Shown piece after piece: positions 1 through 12,842 of a stretch of 64,000 bases of DNA. The notes beneath the pieces are model-generated. The model ran no database searches and was not told where the DNA came from. It saw only the letters and a program-made list of their open reading frames with translations. This DNA is from the human T2T-CHM13v2.0 reference genome, Homo sapiens. A program made the position numbers and the translations under genes. Each line of letters starts with the position of its first letter. Position 1 is the first letter of the stretch. The stretch lies in the NCBI RefSeq assembly GCF_009914755.1, contig NC_060937.1. One strand, given 5' to 3'.

Positions 1-2311
1 TTCCAGCCTTAGAACTGTGCCTTTCTCTGAGGAGGGAGCCACAAAGTGTTAAGGAGGGCCAGGCAACAGGAGCCTAGGCAAGAAGTTAACACTCCCAGAC
101 CTAAGCAATCTAATCCCAATAGCGTTCCGGGAGAGAAGAGCACTAAATACTTCCTCAGCAGAGAACAATTGAGGGTCTCCAATGCCTTTTCCATCTCAGG
201 CAGCCAAGTCTCTGCTTCTGACTCCACTGAAGAGACTGGAGGGGGCATCAAAGAAGAGGAGCTCCAGCCATAAAATCAGAAAAGCATGAAACATTTGGTT
301 GGAGGATGAGAAAGACACATAAAAATTCTTGTTAGCATGCATGTTACCTTTAATGAATATTGATCTCTACCTTTACACGTGCTTATTAGCATGCATATTG
401 GAGTAAAACAAATTGGCAGCCACCAGTTTTCAGGAGAGATCCTGAAAAGTTTCAATTAAGCTAAACACGGCAAGGGAAATAAATGTACATGCATTACTAC
501 TAATTTAGTGTGAGAAAAGTCATCGATTGCCTATATTTGGTGTTTATTTTTGCAGTTAAATTTCCTTAATAGAAAAGTATTTGTAGGAGCTTTTAGATGA
601 ATATTTCTGACCTTTGTCTTCATTCTATTTTCCCCCTTAAGGTCTTCATTTCCTCAAAAGTGAATTCTCTCACCACAGGAATTTTCCCGATCCTTTCTTA
701 CTTCCCTGTATTAGTCAGCCACTTACACAGAAATAATGATATGGAAGGACAAAAAAAGATGAGACAACCCATTTTCCTTTCAGCCCTTCCTTAATCATCT
801 GTAAGCCAAAGACAGAAAGCACTGATAGGATGTGCTGATATCAAGAAGTGAAAAGACAAAACATTGGAGATAATTCAGTGCTAGGTCTCCACTCTTCTGG
901 TTAGAACAAAATACATATGTATCCATGAACTAACAAATACAATTTGTGAAGTTTTAGTGATTCTGCACACAGGTTAAATGTGTTAAATTAAATATTTAAT
1001 TTAAAATGGGGATTGCACAGTTGATTTGCAATCTAAGATATTCTATCGCTAGTTTATTACTTTGGGCAAGTTATCTAAAAATCTGTGATCCTGTATTCTA
1101 TCTTTAAAATGAAAGTAATAATATTTACTTTCCAGTGTTGCAGTGTGAATAACTGAAATACTCTAAGTAGTAGTTATTAATCTCAACAATCATTTATTTG
1201 GCTTCTGATATATACAAGAGCCCATTTGAAATTCAAAATAAAATATAGTTTCTGATCTCAAGAAATTCACCATTCAATGGAATAGACAAGATTATATACA
1301 TATAAATAGAATGAGATTTAGAAGTGCCAATAGAGGTAGGTACAAAATGCTGGGGAATATAGAAAAGCATCATTCTAGGGGATGGGTGAGATTTCTCCAG
1401 GTAGACAAAATGGGTAGTTGTTCCCATCATGGGAAGGGCAGTGAAAAGACGTGATGTGGTGCAGCAGCAGCGTGACACACTGCACAGCCAAGAGGAGGTG
1501 GAAAAGGCAACCAGGACCTGATCACATTCACCTGTTAAGAAATTTGAATTTCTATTGCAGTTTGTCTCTTAAATAGGCTCTTTCTCTGATACACCATGAT
1601 CAACTGGTTCACAAAATAAGAACTCTGAATCACCCAACTGAATTTTCCTGGTGGACAGATTTTCCAGATTTCTAAAAAATGGGTGTTTGAGCATAAAGTA
1701 GCTGGTATCCTCTGTATTGTCATTAACCCTGACACAGAAATTCACAAGGAATAACAACATCCAGAATTTTCTGTGCAGGCTATTTATAGACCAAAGCCAG
1801 AGCAGTTATAGGAGTTCTGTTATTCACCCAGGATGATATCCCAATTCGTTCATTCACTCATCCTGCAAAGGTTGCCTGGCCCTGCTCAGGCTGACATGCC
1901 CCCACCTCCAGATGTTGAGCTGCTTCATAATCACCAAGCAGTGGCACCTCACGCCGTCCCATTAGAGAGTAGCATGCAGCCCACTTGTTGGGCATGTTGA
2001 TGCAAGCTTAGGAAGGAAAACATAATTCACTTTTGCCAGTGACAGAAATGTTAACACTTACTTGAAATAGCTGATAATCTGACAAGGAGAGCTAAAGGAT
2101 TACTGTATTTCATGTGGCTAATGAGAAAAGCTGTTTAAAAGCCATATGAAAAAAGACTTAATGTATGGTGACTGAGTATTGCTTTAATGTATTATGTGCC
2201 ATCAACTATTAGAATGATTTTCCCCTCTTCTATTGCCATAGATTTTTGCCTCTTTTCTCTGGGAAGAGATAATAGAAAGCAGCATCTATTCAACAGAGAC
2301 TTTCCAAAGGA

Positions 2312-2380
2312 ACATTCATTCAATAAGTATTTCTTGAGCACCTACTGTGTGCCAGTCACCACACTAGGCATTTGGGATTC
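2312..2380 (-). mobile_element. L2 LINE 3' end fragment
   Basis: cattcattcaataagtatttcttgagcacctactgtgtgccag resembles the reverse-complemented L2 3' terminus. Confidence 0.55.
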
Positions 2381-3016
2381 AAGGTCTCAGACCTCTCAAT
2401 AGGGGCTTTTTTTGGAAAGAATTGATAGGGGAAGACAGTAGACAAAAGATATTGAAAAATCATGTTTGGGATTTAGTTGATATATGAAATAATCTTATTT
2501 AACTTTCATTTACTAGATGAGGAAACTGAGGCCTAGAAAACCAAGTAATTTGTGGAGGGGGCATGGCTAATTAGTGGGAAACCCTGGCCTGGATCCATGA
2601 TGTTTTGCTTCTCTTTTTGATGCTGGAGCACAGTCTCCTGCAGTCACAAGAAAGAACTATGAAACGATGTGTTTGCAGCAGGGCAGGAAGCCCCGTAAAG
2701 TAAAATCCCACGGGGCTCCAGAGTCCCTCAGCATCCACAGGGGGCACTCGAGTCCATGACAAAGATGCCTTCAGTTCTGTCCACACTACACAAGAACAGG
2801 CTGCTTCACCCTCTTGCACTGGAGGGCTGCCCTCTTCCTGGTGGTTTGTCCTTGCCCAGTGCCCCTCCTTGCTATCCAGGGCACTTTCAGCACAGAAGAC
2901 ATTACCAGGAAACAGCTACATTCCCCCACCCCCACCCTCACCAGTCAGCGAAATTAGCGTTTCTACAGCTGAAATAATCAGGTCTAAAGCCAAACGCCTT
3001 TCTTTATTTCTTCCTT

Positions 3017-3020
<4 letters not shown>

Positions 3021-3074
<54 letters not shown>
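3021..3074. repeat. (TC)n microsatellite
   Basis: Uninterrupted tc run of about 27 units. Confidence 0.95.
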
Positions 3075-3082
<8 letters not shown>

Positions 3083-4094
3083 CCTTACCTTTTAGCGTGT
3101 GCCTCATATTCAAGGTACCAGGTACCAGGTACCATTCCTCCTTCTCAGGACTTGGAGCTCCCTATCTCCCTGAGATACTGTGATCCAAAAGCAACGTGAC
3201 TCCATTCTCAGATAAGACAGCAAAACTTCTCCCCAAACACTTGGGATCCTTACCCCCGGCAATGGCAGGGTTGTGTGTTCCTTTGCCAAAAGATTACTAT
3301 TGCAGGCGTCAAAACTGACAAGGGAGCCCAGAAACTAATGCAAATGATTAGGGGCTCCCCCTTCTGCCTGCCCTAATTTCTAGGTGAGTGTGGCCCACTT
3401 TGGTGACAACAAGGAGCGGGAAGCAATTGACGTGGTTAATGCATTACAGCCACCTCAAATCAGGGTTCTTTCATACAGAGGTGATCACAAGCAGTGGCCA
3501 CACAGGTTAAGCCATGTGGATCTACAGACCCCTCATTTACTTTTACTACAATGTCAGAAATTCCTGAGATTATGGGCTCAGTAAATTGATCTAAATAATT
3601 CAAGGCTATTATACCATAATTCTATTCTTTACCTGCTGCATGAAGTAAATTCTTCTTTTCATCCTCCCCTAAATTGGACCTAACCATCCTCTAAATTGGA
3701 CATTAAAAACCATGTGTTTTTCCACCCTTAGTTTTTGTTTGCTGCATTTACAAAAGGCATTCTTTGTTGTAATTTCACCGACATAAGGAGTTTCACTACC
3801 TCCACCACTCCATGTATCTGGCACAGCTTCCTTTTGGATCAGCTTTGCCCTTGGCTCAGCTTTGCCCTTGGCTCACCTCACTCTTGAGGTCCCAAAATGG
3901 CAAACACACTCGTGTCTCCCACTCATTGCTTTGTCTGTCGCACCCACTGCCTCACCTAAATTCACTAACTTAGCATATCATGTTTCTATAAAACAAATTA
4001 ATACATTTCCCTCCTCCCACAAAAGATGTTTACTTCTAATCAATCTTAAGAAACACTACTAATCCTAACACTATTAGTAATACTAATAAAATCT

Positions 4095-4320
4095 CTATCA
4101 TTTATGATGTACTTACCATGGGCCAGGCTTGGGCTAAATGCTTTATATGTATTACCATGGTTAATTCTCACAATAATCCAATGTGGTAGGTATTATTTTT
4201 ACTATTTTTATTTCACAAATGAGGGTCAATGAGGTTGGGTAAATTATCCAAAGTTATTCCAGTTATAATTATTTATGCCAATCTTCAAATCTAGGTCCTT
4301 GTGACTCAAAGCCCACTGGT
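4095..4320 (-). mobile_element. MIR SINE fragment
   Basis: Degenerate MIR core (tacttaccatgggccagg...aattctcacaataatcc...gtaggtattatt...cacaaatgagg). Confidence 0.5.
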
Positions 4321-5335
4321 TTATTAGTCCCTCCTAGCTCAACCTCTAATTTGTTCTCTTGGAGCACTGCAGAGAAGTCAAAACACGATTCTGAATGACG
4401 AGCCCTGGTCATTAACCCTGATTCTCAGAAGTTGTCATCTTCCAGATTCTGCAGTCTCTGTGCCTTTGCAGCCTGCCTTCCTGGGAAAGGGAAGGTTTAG
4501 TTCTCAGAATTTTCGTTCCAATTAAGTAAAGCCATGGTTGTGTCTTTTAGAAACTGAAAAACAAAACAAAATTCTATCTATGGTAGTTGGATGAACCAGC
4601 TAAATTGAAGGTACATTTTGTCCTGAAAAGAGAGGGTAGAGTTGGTGTTAGAAGACTTTCATTCATTTACCAGATCCACCATTGAGTATTTTTGTGATCT
4701 TGATCTTTCTGACTTCAGTTTCCTCATCTGTGGAAGGGGAGAATATCACCCTTCTTCCAGAATCCTCGGGAGGATTCAAGAAGCCCCTGCTTGAGAAGGC
4801 TCTGGGCACAGTGCCTGGCATGTCATCTGCCGATGTTCTTGTGGGTTGTGTTTGAGTCTTAATTTATTTGAATTTCCCTGAGATATCTATGTAGGAGCAA
4901 GTAAAATCTGAAATCAGATCCTGATCTCTTTACATGTTCTTCCTTAGGCTTCATTAGTTAATAAAATGTTACATTTATCAGCATTCTTTTCACCCCTACG
5001 TCTGTATTACATGCATATCACAAAGTTTGTGGAAAAAAAAGTGTTTCCCTTCCTTATCCTTTGGGTCTTCTCCTTGAATTAACCTCTGTTTCAAAATACT
5101 GGGAGCTCAATGTGAATAAAAGACACAAAGTTTGCCAAACTAGAACTCAGGTCAGTGTTCAGGAACCAAAATCTTGCTTTATTGATACCTACAGAAAATT
5201 CCCGGGATATTCACAGCTATTCTCAGTGCTTGCTACATCACAGAAATGCCTGTGATCCTCTGACCTTTTGATCAATTGCTCGCCTATCGTCTAACATCTT
5301 CTGCTAAGTGAAGAGCAGGGTATCCCTAAGAGTAG

Positions 5336-5648
<313 letters not shown>

Positions 5649-5706
5649 AGGGTGTTAATTATTAATATGTATTAATACATTGCATTACCCTTTCATTGGA
5701 GTGTTT

Positions 5707-5910
5707 AAAAGTGGCGGGGGGGAGTTGTTGCTTTAAGGGGAGTTACGCTTATTTTTTTTTTTTTTTTTGTATTTTTTTTTTTCCTTTTTCTGGAGAACGA
5801 GGTCTCCCTATATTGCCCAGGCAGGTCTCGAACTCCTGGGCTCAAGCTATCCTCCCGCCTCTTGCCTCCCTGAGAGCTGGGATTACAGGCGTGAGCCACC
5901 GCGCCTGGCC
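5707..5910 (-). ncRNA. BCYRN1: Full-length BC200 (brain cytoplasmic 200-nt RNA) copy, probably a retropseudogene or paralogue
   Basis: Minus strand reads GGCCAGGCGCGGTGGCTCACGCCTGTAATCCCAGCTCTCAGGGAGG...GATAGCTTGAGCCCAGGAGTTCGAGACCTGCCTGGGCAATATAG...TTCTCCAGAAAAAGG, then an A-rich domain, then the BC200-specific unique tail TAAGCGTAACTCCCCTTAAAGCAACAAC-C-rich-TTTT. Confidence 0.88.
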
Positions 5911-6342
5911 AGGCTTTTGGATCTAGTCAAGTTTTATGAATTGTTGTCCATTTGAATAAGCATGGCATTTTTCAATAAATCATTGCAGCCTGGATGAGTT
6001 TGCCCCATGCACCCTCCAGTCAATTGTCCAGGAAAGAGAAATGCCTGAGTGGAGATATAATGTTTTTCTTCATTTCAAATATATTCCATTTAATTTTTCT
6101 AAAAACAGCACTCAAGTTTTGCTGGAAGTTCTGCCTGAGCTCAGCCCATCCATGTGGATTAATTAAACAAGTTGATTCTTCCTCTGTCCTCAGTGGTGGG
6201 CATTTGACCCAGAACTAGCCAATTAGCATGCAGCATTCCACTGGTTCAGTGATGGGCATGTGACCCAATCAGAACCAATCAGAACTAATCCCAAGACCTC
6301 CCCCTGAGCTTGTTCCTCATCTGAGAGACAGAGAGAGAGATG

Positions 6343-6373
6343 GAGAGAGAGGGAGAGAGAGAGAGAGAGAGAG

Positions 6374-6408
<35 letters not shown>
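6343..6408. repeat. Compound (GA)n(GT)n microsatellite
   Basis: GA run directly followed by a GT run from 6377. Confidence 0.95.
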
Positions 6409-6411
<3 letters not shown>

Positions 6412-7664
6412 TGTGAAGGGATGTTGGCGGAGGGGGACACGTTTTATGTGGGCCCATGTTAGAAAGATTGGGAGGGAAGAAAATAATGAGCATGATCCTT
6501 TCCTTAAAATCATGAAGAATGGGTGTTTTAAAGAGACAAATATGCAGATCAAGGCCTGTGTTCTTTCTCCTCGCCAAACTGGCTTCAGACCTGTGTGGAA
6601 TTTAGGCAATGGTGCCCTTCCAATGGCAACAACAGGAAATTTAGTGTTAGCAGGTGCACTTCCCTTCATTGATAAAAATCCTATGGAATTAGGTAATTCA
6701 AAATTACCTTGAGATGTAGCTTTGAATTTAGAAAGATAGAATTGAAAGAAAAAGTGATGGATAATTTCTGGTGAAATGAATGGGCCTATGAAATATGTAT
6801 TTCTCTTCCCATCTTGCATCAACTCATTTGGTATTTCAGTTTGTGTAATAGTTAAAACTCCTGGCAGAGCAGAGGCAGTAATTGCAAACAGCTGTAAAGT
6901 ATTACTCATCTTGCTGATCAAAATGACTTCCCACTAAATAAACCATGAAAAAAGCTTTTCCAACCACAGAGAAGTGAAGTGTAAATGATATACAGACTAC
7001 CATGAAGAGATCAACAGATTGCATTTTCCTATAACTATGGTTTTCTATAGCTACAGTTACTTTAAAAAATGGCTTATAAACTCAGCTAGTTCAGGAAAAA
7101 GAACTTGGATAATAACATTAAGATGGCAGTGGGGATCCTGGGAAGTGTTTGAAGTTACAAAGCTTTTGGAGAGCCATCTTGGTTCCCTTCTTAGGCTTTC
7201 CAATGGATGAAAACAACTTGCAATGTGGTCTTATTCTTGCTTATTTTGGATATCACTCCAGGTCTCTTGCCCTTCGTATCTGAGAACCATTAGCTGGACA
7301 TCCATGTCTTGGTCTTTCTATCATGGTTTTGAAGGGTGATGGACCCATGGTGGTGGCAGCGTCAATATGTTGATGCTACTGCCATGGGCATCTGACTGTG
7401 AGCTTCAGGTCCTGATAAAAGAATAGTCCAGTGCTGGAGTCACAGAGCTGACCTCTGATGTCACTCCAGCTACTTGCCCACACTACATTGCCAGCTCCTT
7501 GTGATTCTTCTAAACTAGGAAATTCACTGGACAGTATTCACCAAAAACCAATAAAAATTTCTCTTCACACTCAGACATAAATCTCTCTCCTCTACCTATC
7601 TCCTTTCCCTAAATCAAGACTCATCTATAAATTGATACTAAGCCTATCATTTCAGTCTTACTGC

Positions 7665-8358
7665 TTTTTTCATTTTTAGTTGAAATGTAATTGTACATAT
7701 TTATGGGATACAGAGTGACATTTCAATATATGTGTACAATATATGTATTTCTATATATGTAATGATCAAATCAGGGGAACTAACGTATCCATCACATCAA
7801 ACACTTATCATTTCTTTGTGTTGTAAACATTCAAAATACTCTTTCTTAGCTTTTTCAAAATATCCAATAAATTACTGCTAACCATATTTACCCTACAGTG
7901 CTGTAGACACTAGAACTCATTCCTCCTATCTAGCTGTAAGTTCGTATTTGTTAACCAACCTCTCCCTGTCCTCTCCTCCCTGTTGCTTGCCCCAGCCTGT
8001 AATAACCAGAATTCTACTCTCCACTTCCATGAGCTCAGTTTGTTTTTTTTTAGCTCCCACATATGAGTGAGAACGTGCAAGATTTACAATTCTGTACCTA
8101 GCTTATTTCACTTAACATAGTCTTCCAGGCTCACCCATGTTTCAGCCAAGGACAGGATTTCATTATTTTTATGGCTAAATAGTACTCCACTGTGAATATA
8201 TACTACATTTTAAATCTATTTATCTGTTTTTGGACATTTAGGGTGATTCTAATCTTGGCTACCATGAATAGTGCTGCTATAAACATGAGGGTGCTCGTAT
8301 CTCCTAAATATGCTGATTTCCTTTCCTGTAGATAAATGCCCCATAGTGGGAGTGCTGG
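7665..8358 (-). mobile_element. Old L1 (L1MA-type) 3' end
   Basis: aattgtacatatttatggg...aatgatcaaatcagg...tagctcccacatatgagtgagaac...cattattttttatggctaaatag; the minus-strand translation resembles the ORF2 C-terminus (LMFIAALFMVAKI). Confidence 0.85.
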
Positions 8359-10910
8359 AAAAAAAAATTCTTTTTCTTTAAACCTGATCATGTCTGTCCT
8401 CATAAATGCATGTTAAACCCATCTCTCACCATCAATGCCACCCCACCCCGAGCAGTTGTTCACTCTTCTCTTCCCTCGTTCTCTGCACACCGTGTGCTTC
8501 CATACCCCAGCCTCAGGCCTTTCTATACCATTTCCTATTTGGGGCACATAGTTTTTATTCAACTTGCGTGCTGTCCTTTGAGAATCTACAATGTGGTTTG
8601 GATATGGCACTTTTTATCAGGATGTCACATCAGAGTTGATAAATTCAAAGTAATATCATTCTTTTTCCTGCCAAAGTCAGCTCCTCCTTTCCACTGCACT
8701 TTCCTGCCAGTGCCACCACTTTCTCCTGTTGTGTAGGGAGAACAAAGGTCACCTCCCTAGCATGAAAAGGTGCTCAATAAAGATTTGTTGAATATATGAA
8801 TGAATGTTCTTAGAAGACACCCTTGTACCTGGACTGGTCATTACATAGGTGTAAGCTTTATTCTCTAAAAGGGGTGAGAGTTTATGCTAAGATTGTAAGC
8901 AACCCTCAGGGCAGACTCTGGATGCATATTACAGAACTGCTGAACTTGTGGAATGTGCATATTTATACTGAAAATATTTAATGCCATATGTGTAAGACTT
9001 TTGCCAACTGGAATCTGAACATCAACAGCTTTGAAGGGCTTATTCTACCTTCTCAGCACAAAAATACTTTTTATGAATGCACATATTTATGTGCAAAAGT
9101 ATAGAAAATGGACTTTAAAATATACAACAAATTCATTTTAGCAATTGGCCCTGGGGACCTAGAAGGAGAATGAGATTGGGGTGATAGGGGTGGAATATTA
9201 GCTAATAATGCTTTATGTTATTGAAAATAATTACTGAAAACCAATACAATAAAATATTAACATGTTAATTGAGTATAGTGCTTACATTATTCTTTACATG
9301 TTTTAATATCTTTACAATTCCTTTTTTTGCTTTTGTTAAGGAAGTCACAGTTTAATTGGCAGCATATCTATAACGGTACATGAAATAATGTCTGATTTCT
9401 AAACATTGACATCCTACATTAGATGAAATACATTAACCATTAAACTTTGATATTACACTATAAAATTAATTGAAGAAAGCCACCCCTTTTTCTTTCTTTT
9501 TTTTATGGTTATTATGTGCCCCATATGATGTGCAGGAGTTTTTTTTCTAGGCTTTGATTGTTTTAAATAAAATCAGAATTTGTTAAAGTTCAGTTAACAC
9601 TCAGCTGTGAGCCCTAAGCTACTGGGGTCTTTTTCAATGGGGGATCTTTAAGCATTATTCCAAACTATTCTATGCTAATTGATCTATTGATAATTTATAA
9701 TTTATTATTAAATACATTCAATTTCTTAAAAAGAGAAAGCAAAGAAACAAAGGGAAACATGTATTACAATTTAAATAAAGGAATTAACAGTTGAAAACAA
9801 GAAAACCTATTCTGAGCATCCATACTTCTTGGCAACCAAAACAATCAATGAAATCAATGCATTGGGTTAAAGAGTTCCCAATTTTCCACTATGTTACCTG
9901 GAGAAAAAAAAACCTGTATCATAGGGTTAAACTTTGGGAAGGATTTTCCATAAGAATCTTAATATAAAGGTTCTTGAATGACATAATGTACAAGGTCTTT
10001 GACAGCAATGCGACCCACAGTGCAAAGATGTTTTACTAGTCCTGTTGGTGTCTCAAATTGGCTCTCAGTAAGTAATCTGGACATACTGTGAAATTATAAT
10101 TCTGTGTAGACAATTCAACTTAAAGGGTTAGAGTGATGCAATCCAAATAGATGGCTTTCTTCTGATCTGGCTTAACAGAAATCTTGAAAAATCTGGGAGT
10201 AAATGTTTAATATATCCTCAGTTCTCGACCACTCTTCTTCCCTGATAGACAACATCACAGGCAGGACATCCTCCCAAGGGTACACACAATATTATGTACA
10301 GTTCCCACACAAGAAAGCACATCATAATCTTAGTGAGAATGATGTTCTCATAAGGTCAGTTATACTCAGTGTGCATAGTTGTCCAAGTGTGAGTATGAAA
10401 CCAAGTTATTCGCAAGTACCACTACTCTGATTATTAGTAATAACAATCCACTTGTGACATAGCTTTTCTTTGCTGAAACAAAATATTGTTTTGACATCAT
10501 GGTCAAAACATTGGTCTTAGGCCAATGCTCTCTATTATCTATTGTTGTTGCCAAGCCTTTGAGAAGTGTTTTATGTGGGGCAAAAGGTCCCTTCCTGTCT
10601 CTTTGGTCAAAGCAAAGGAGGAGTACAGATGACTGAGAGAGTGATCACGCTGCTGTGCCCACCTATGAGGTAGACCTTGTTCCTGGATTGGGAGATGTTT
10701 TATGCTGAGGGTGCAGTAGAAAGAGCACACAGCTAGCAGTAAAGAGAGGTGGCCCTGACTGCAGCTCTGCCTCTGACTTCCTGAGTAACCTCAGACTAGT
10801 CATGCAGTGCCTGCTCCCACATTTCTTTTTGTAAGCTGCAAGGATTGAATCAGACAATAGCCTCTAAGTTTCTTCTGAACTCTCATACTCAGGGATGCCA
10901 ATGATGTTGG

Positions 10911-11075
10911 CAGGATGAGCTACATAGTTTGTAGGGCCCAGTGAAAAATGAAAGTACAGGGCTCCTTGTTCAAAAATTAAGCATTTCAAGATGCAACAGC
11001 AGAGCATTGTAAACCATGTGCACAACGCTTCTGAGACCAGGGCTCTCTGCAACTGCCCAGTTATAGCCCTTGAAG
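10911..11075 (-). mobile_element. MER91A-like hAT DNA transposon fossil
   Basis: gctacatagtttgtagggccccagtgaaaaatgaaa...ccttgttcaaaaattaagcatttcaagatg...cagcagagcatt matches the reverse complement of the MER91A consensus as recalled. Confidence 0.7.
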
Positions 11076-12215
11076 ATAGGATGGTGTCAGCTTCCCGTTA
11101 CGAAGCTGATTTATCACTCAGGGCTCAGAAGTTGGATCTTCCAGGCTGAAAGTGGGAGGAGAACACATGTTGTGCTAGTCACAGCCAGAGATAACACAAA
11201 GACGGCCTAACAAGGGCCCAGGCACAACACACATTGTTATAAAGAAGAGAAGAGGGTCACCTAGTGACTCAACACAAAAATGATCCTCTGTCTACATCTC
11301 CTCTCCAGGTTTCAGTCATGGTAAGGACTGTCCCAGGTTTCAGAGCCTTCAAAGAAGATCTTAACTCTGAAACCTGTGCAAAGTCTGGGGATAGCAGGTT
11401 GTGTACCACCTCACTCTCCTGTCTCTTTCTCTCTGAATAAACATCTTTTATCAGGAAGCCCAGCAGAACACAGTCAAGAAGCTGATAGGTGACTGCTATT
11501 CCCCTCTCGCTGAAAACGCAGCCACTTGGAGTCAGCTTGATGGCAGTGGTGGCTCAGGCCTTGAACACGTGAGAATAGACTATGTTGTCAAGATGCTGAT
11601 GAACCGCACTTCTGCCTGACTTGGTGCATTGTCTCAGGTCTCAGCACTCAAAATGGATGCTCATAATCCTACACACAATCCCCAAATGTCAATGAGGATC
11701 ATTGGCCAACCATACCTCAGTGCATGGGGGGTAGTAAGGTTATCCATTAAGGCCCCACCTTCCACCTCACAAATACTTCTGATCAGAGGGATGAGCTTGG
11801 GTAATTTTGGGATGCATGACAGGATGGTGTCAGCAGACTGGCCAAATCCACATTCAGTATTTCCCATCATGAGGTCTTTGGTGTCAGGTGACATTAAAGA
11901 ATGAGAGTGGTGAAGAAACACCTCTGGTGAACCACTTTCCAAAAGGCTGAGAATGCAGCTTTCAAATCACTTCCATTACTTGGCATAAAGAAACTGGAAA
12001 GCTAAGTGAAAGAGAGAACACAGGGCTGAAGGTCAGAGGACCTGAGATCCTGCTCTCAATTCCTGCTTACAGACTGAATGACCAAAGGTAAGTCATTTGT
12101 CCTCCTGTATTTCTGCTTTCCTATTGCAAAATGGCAATAAACTACTTCCTTCATGGGGACCCTATGACCAGAAAATGAGGCAACCTATAAAACACACATT
12201 TAAATATAAAATCAC

Positions 12216-12842
<627 letters not shown>

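Noticed and set aside
3113-3875. Tiny tandem duplications (aggtacc x3 at ~3113; cagctttgcccttggct x2 at ~3840)
   Set aside because: Ordinary slippage products with no further structure.
6223-6921. Longest ORF in the window (232 aa, minus strand)
   Set aside because: It runs through the (GA)n(GT)n microsatellite, starts at a non-ATG codon and has no recognisable domain; likely chance.
11629-11942. Two antiparallel ORFs of about 90 aa
   Set aside because: No recognisable family, convincing splice context or supporting signals.
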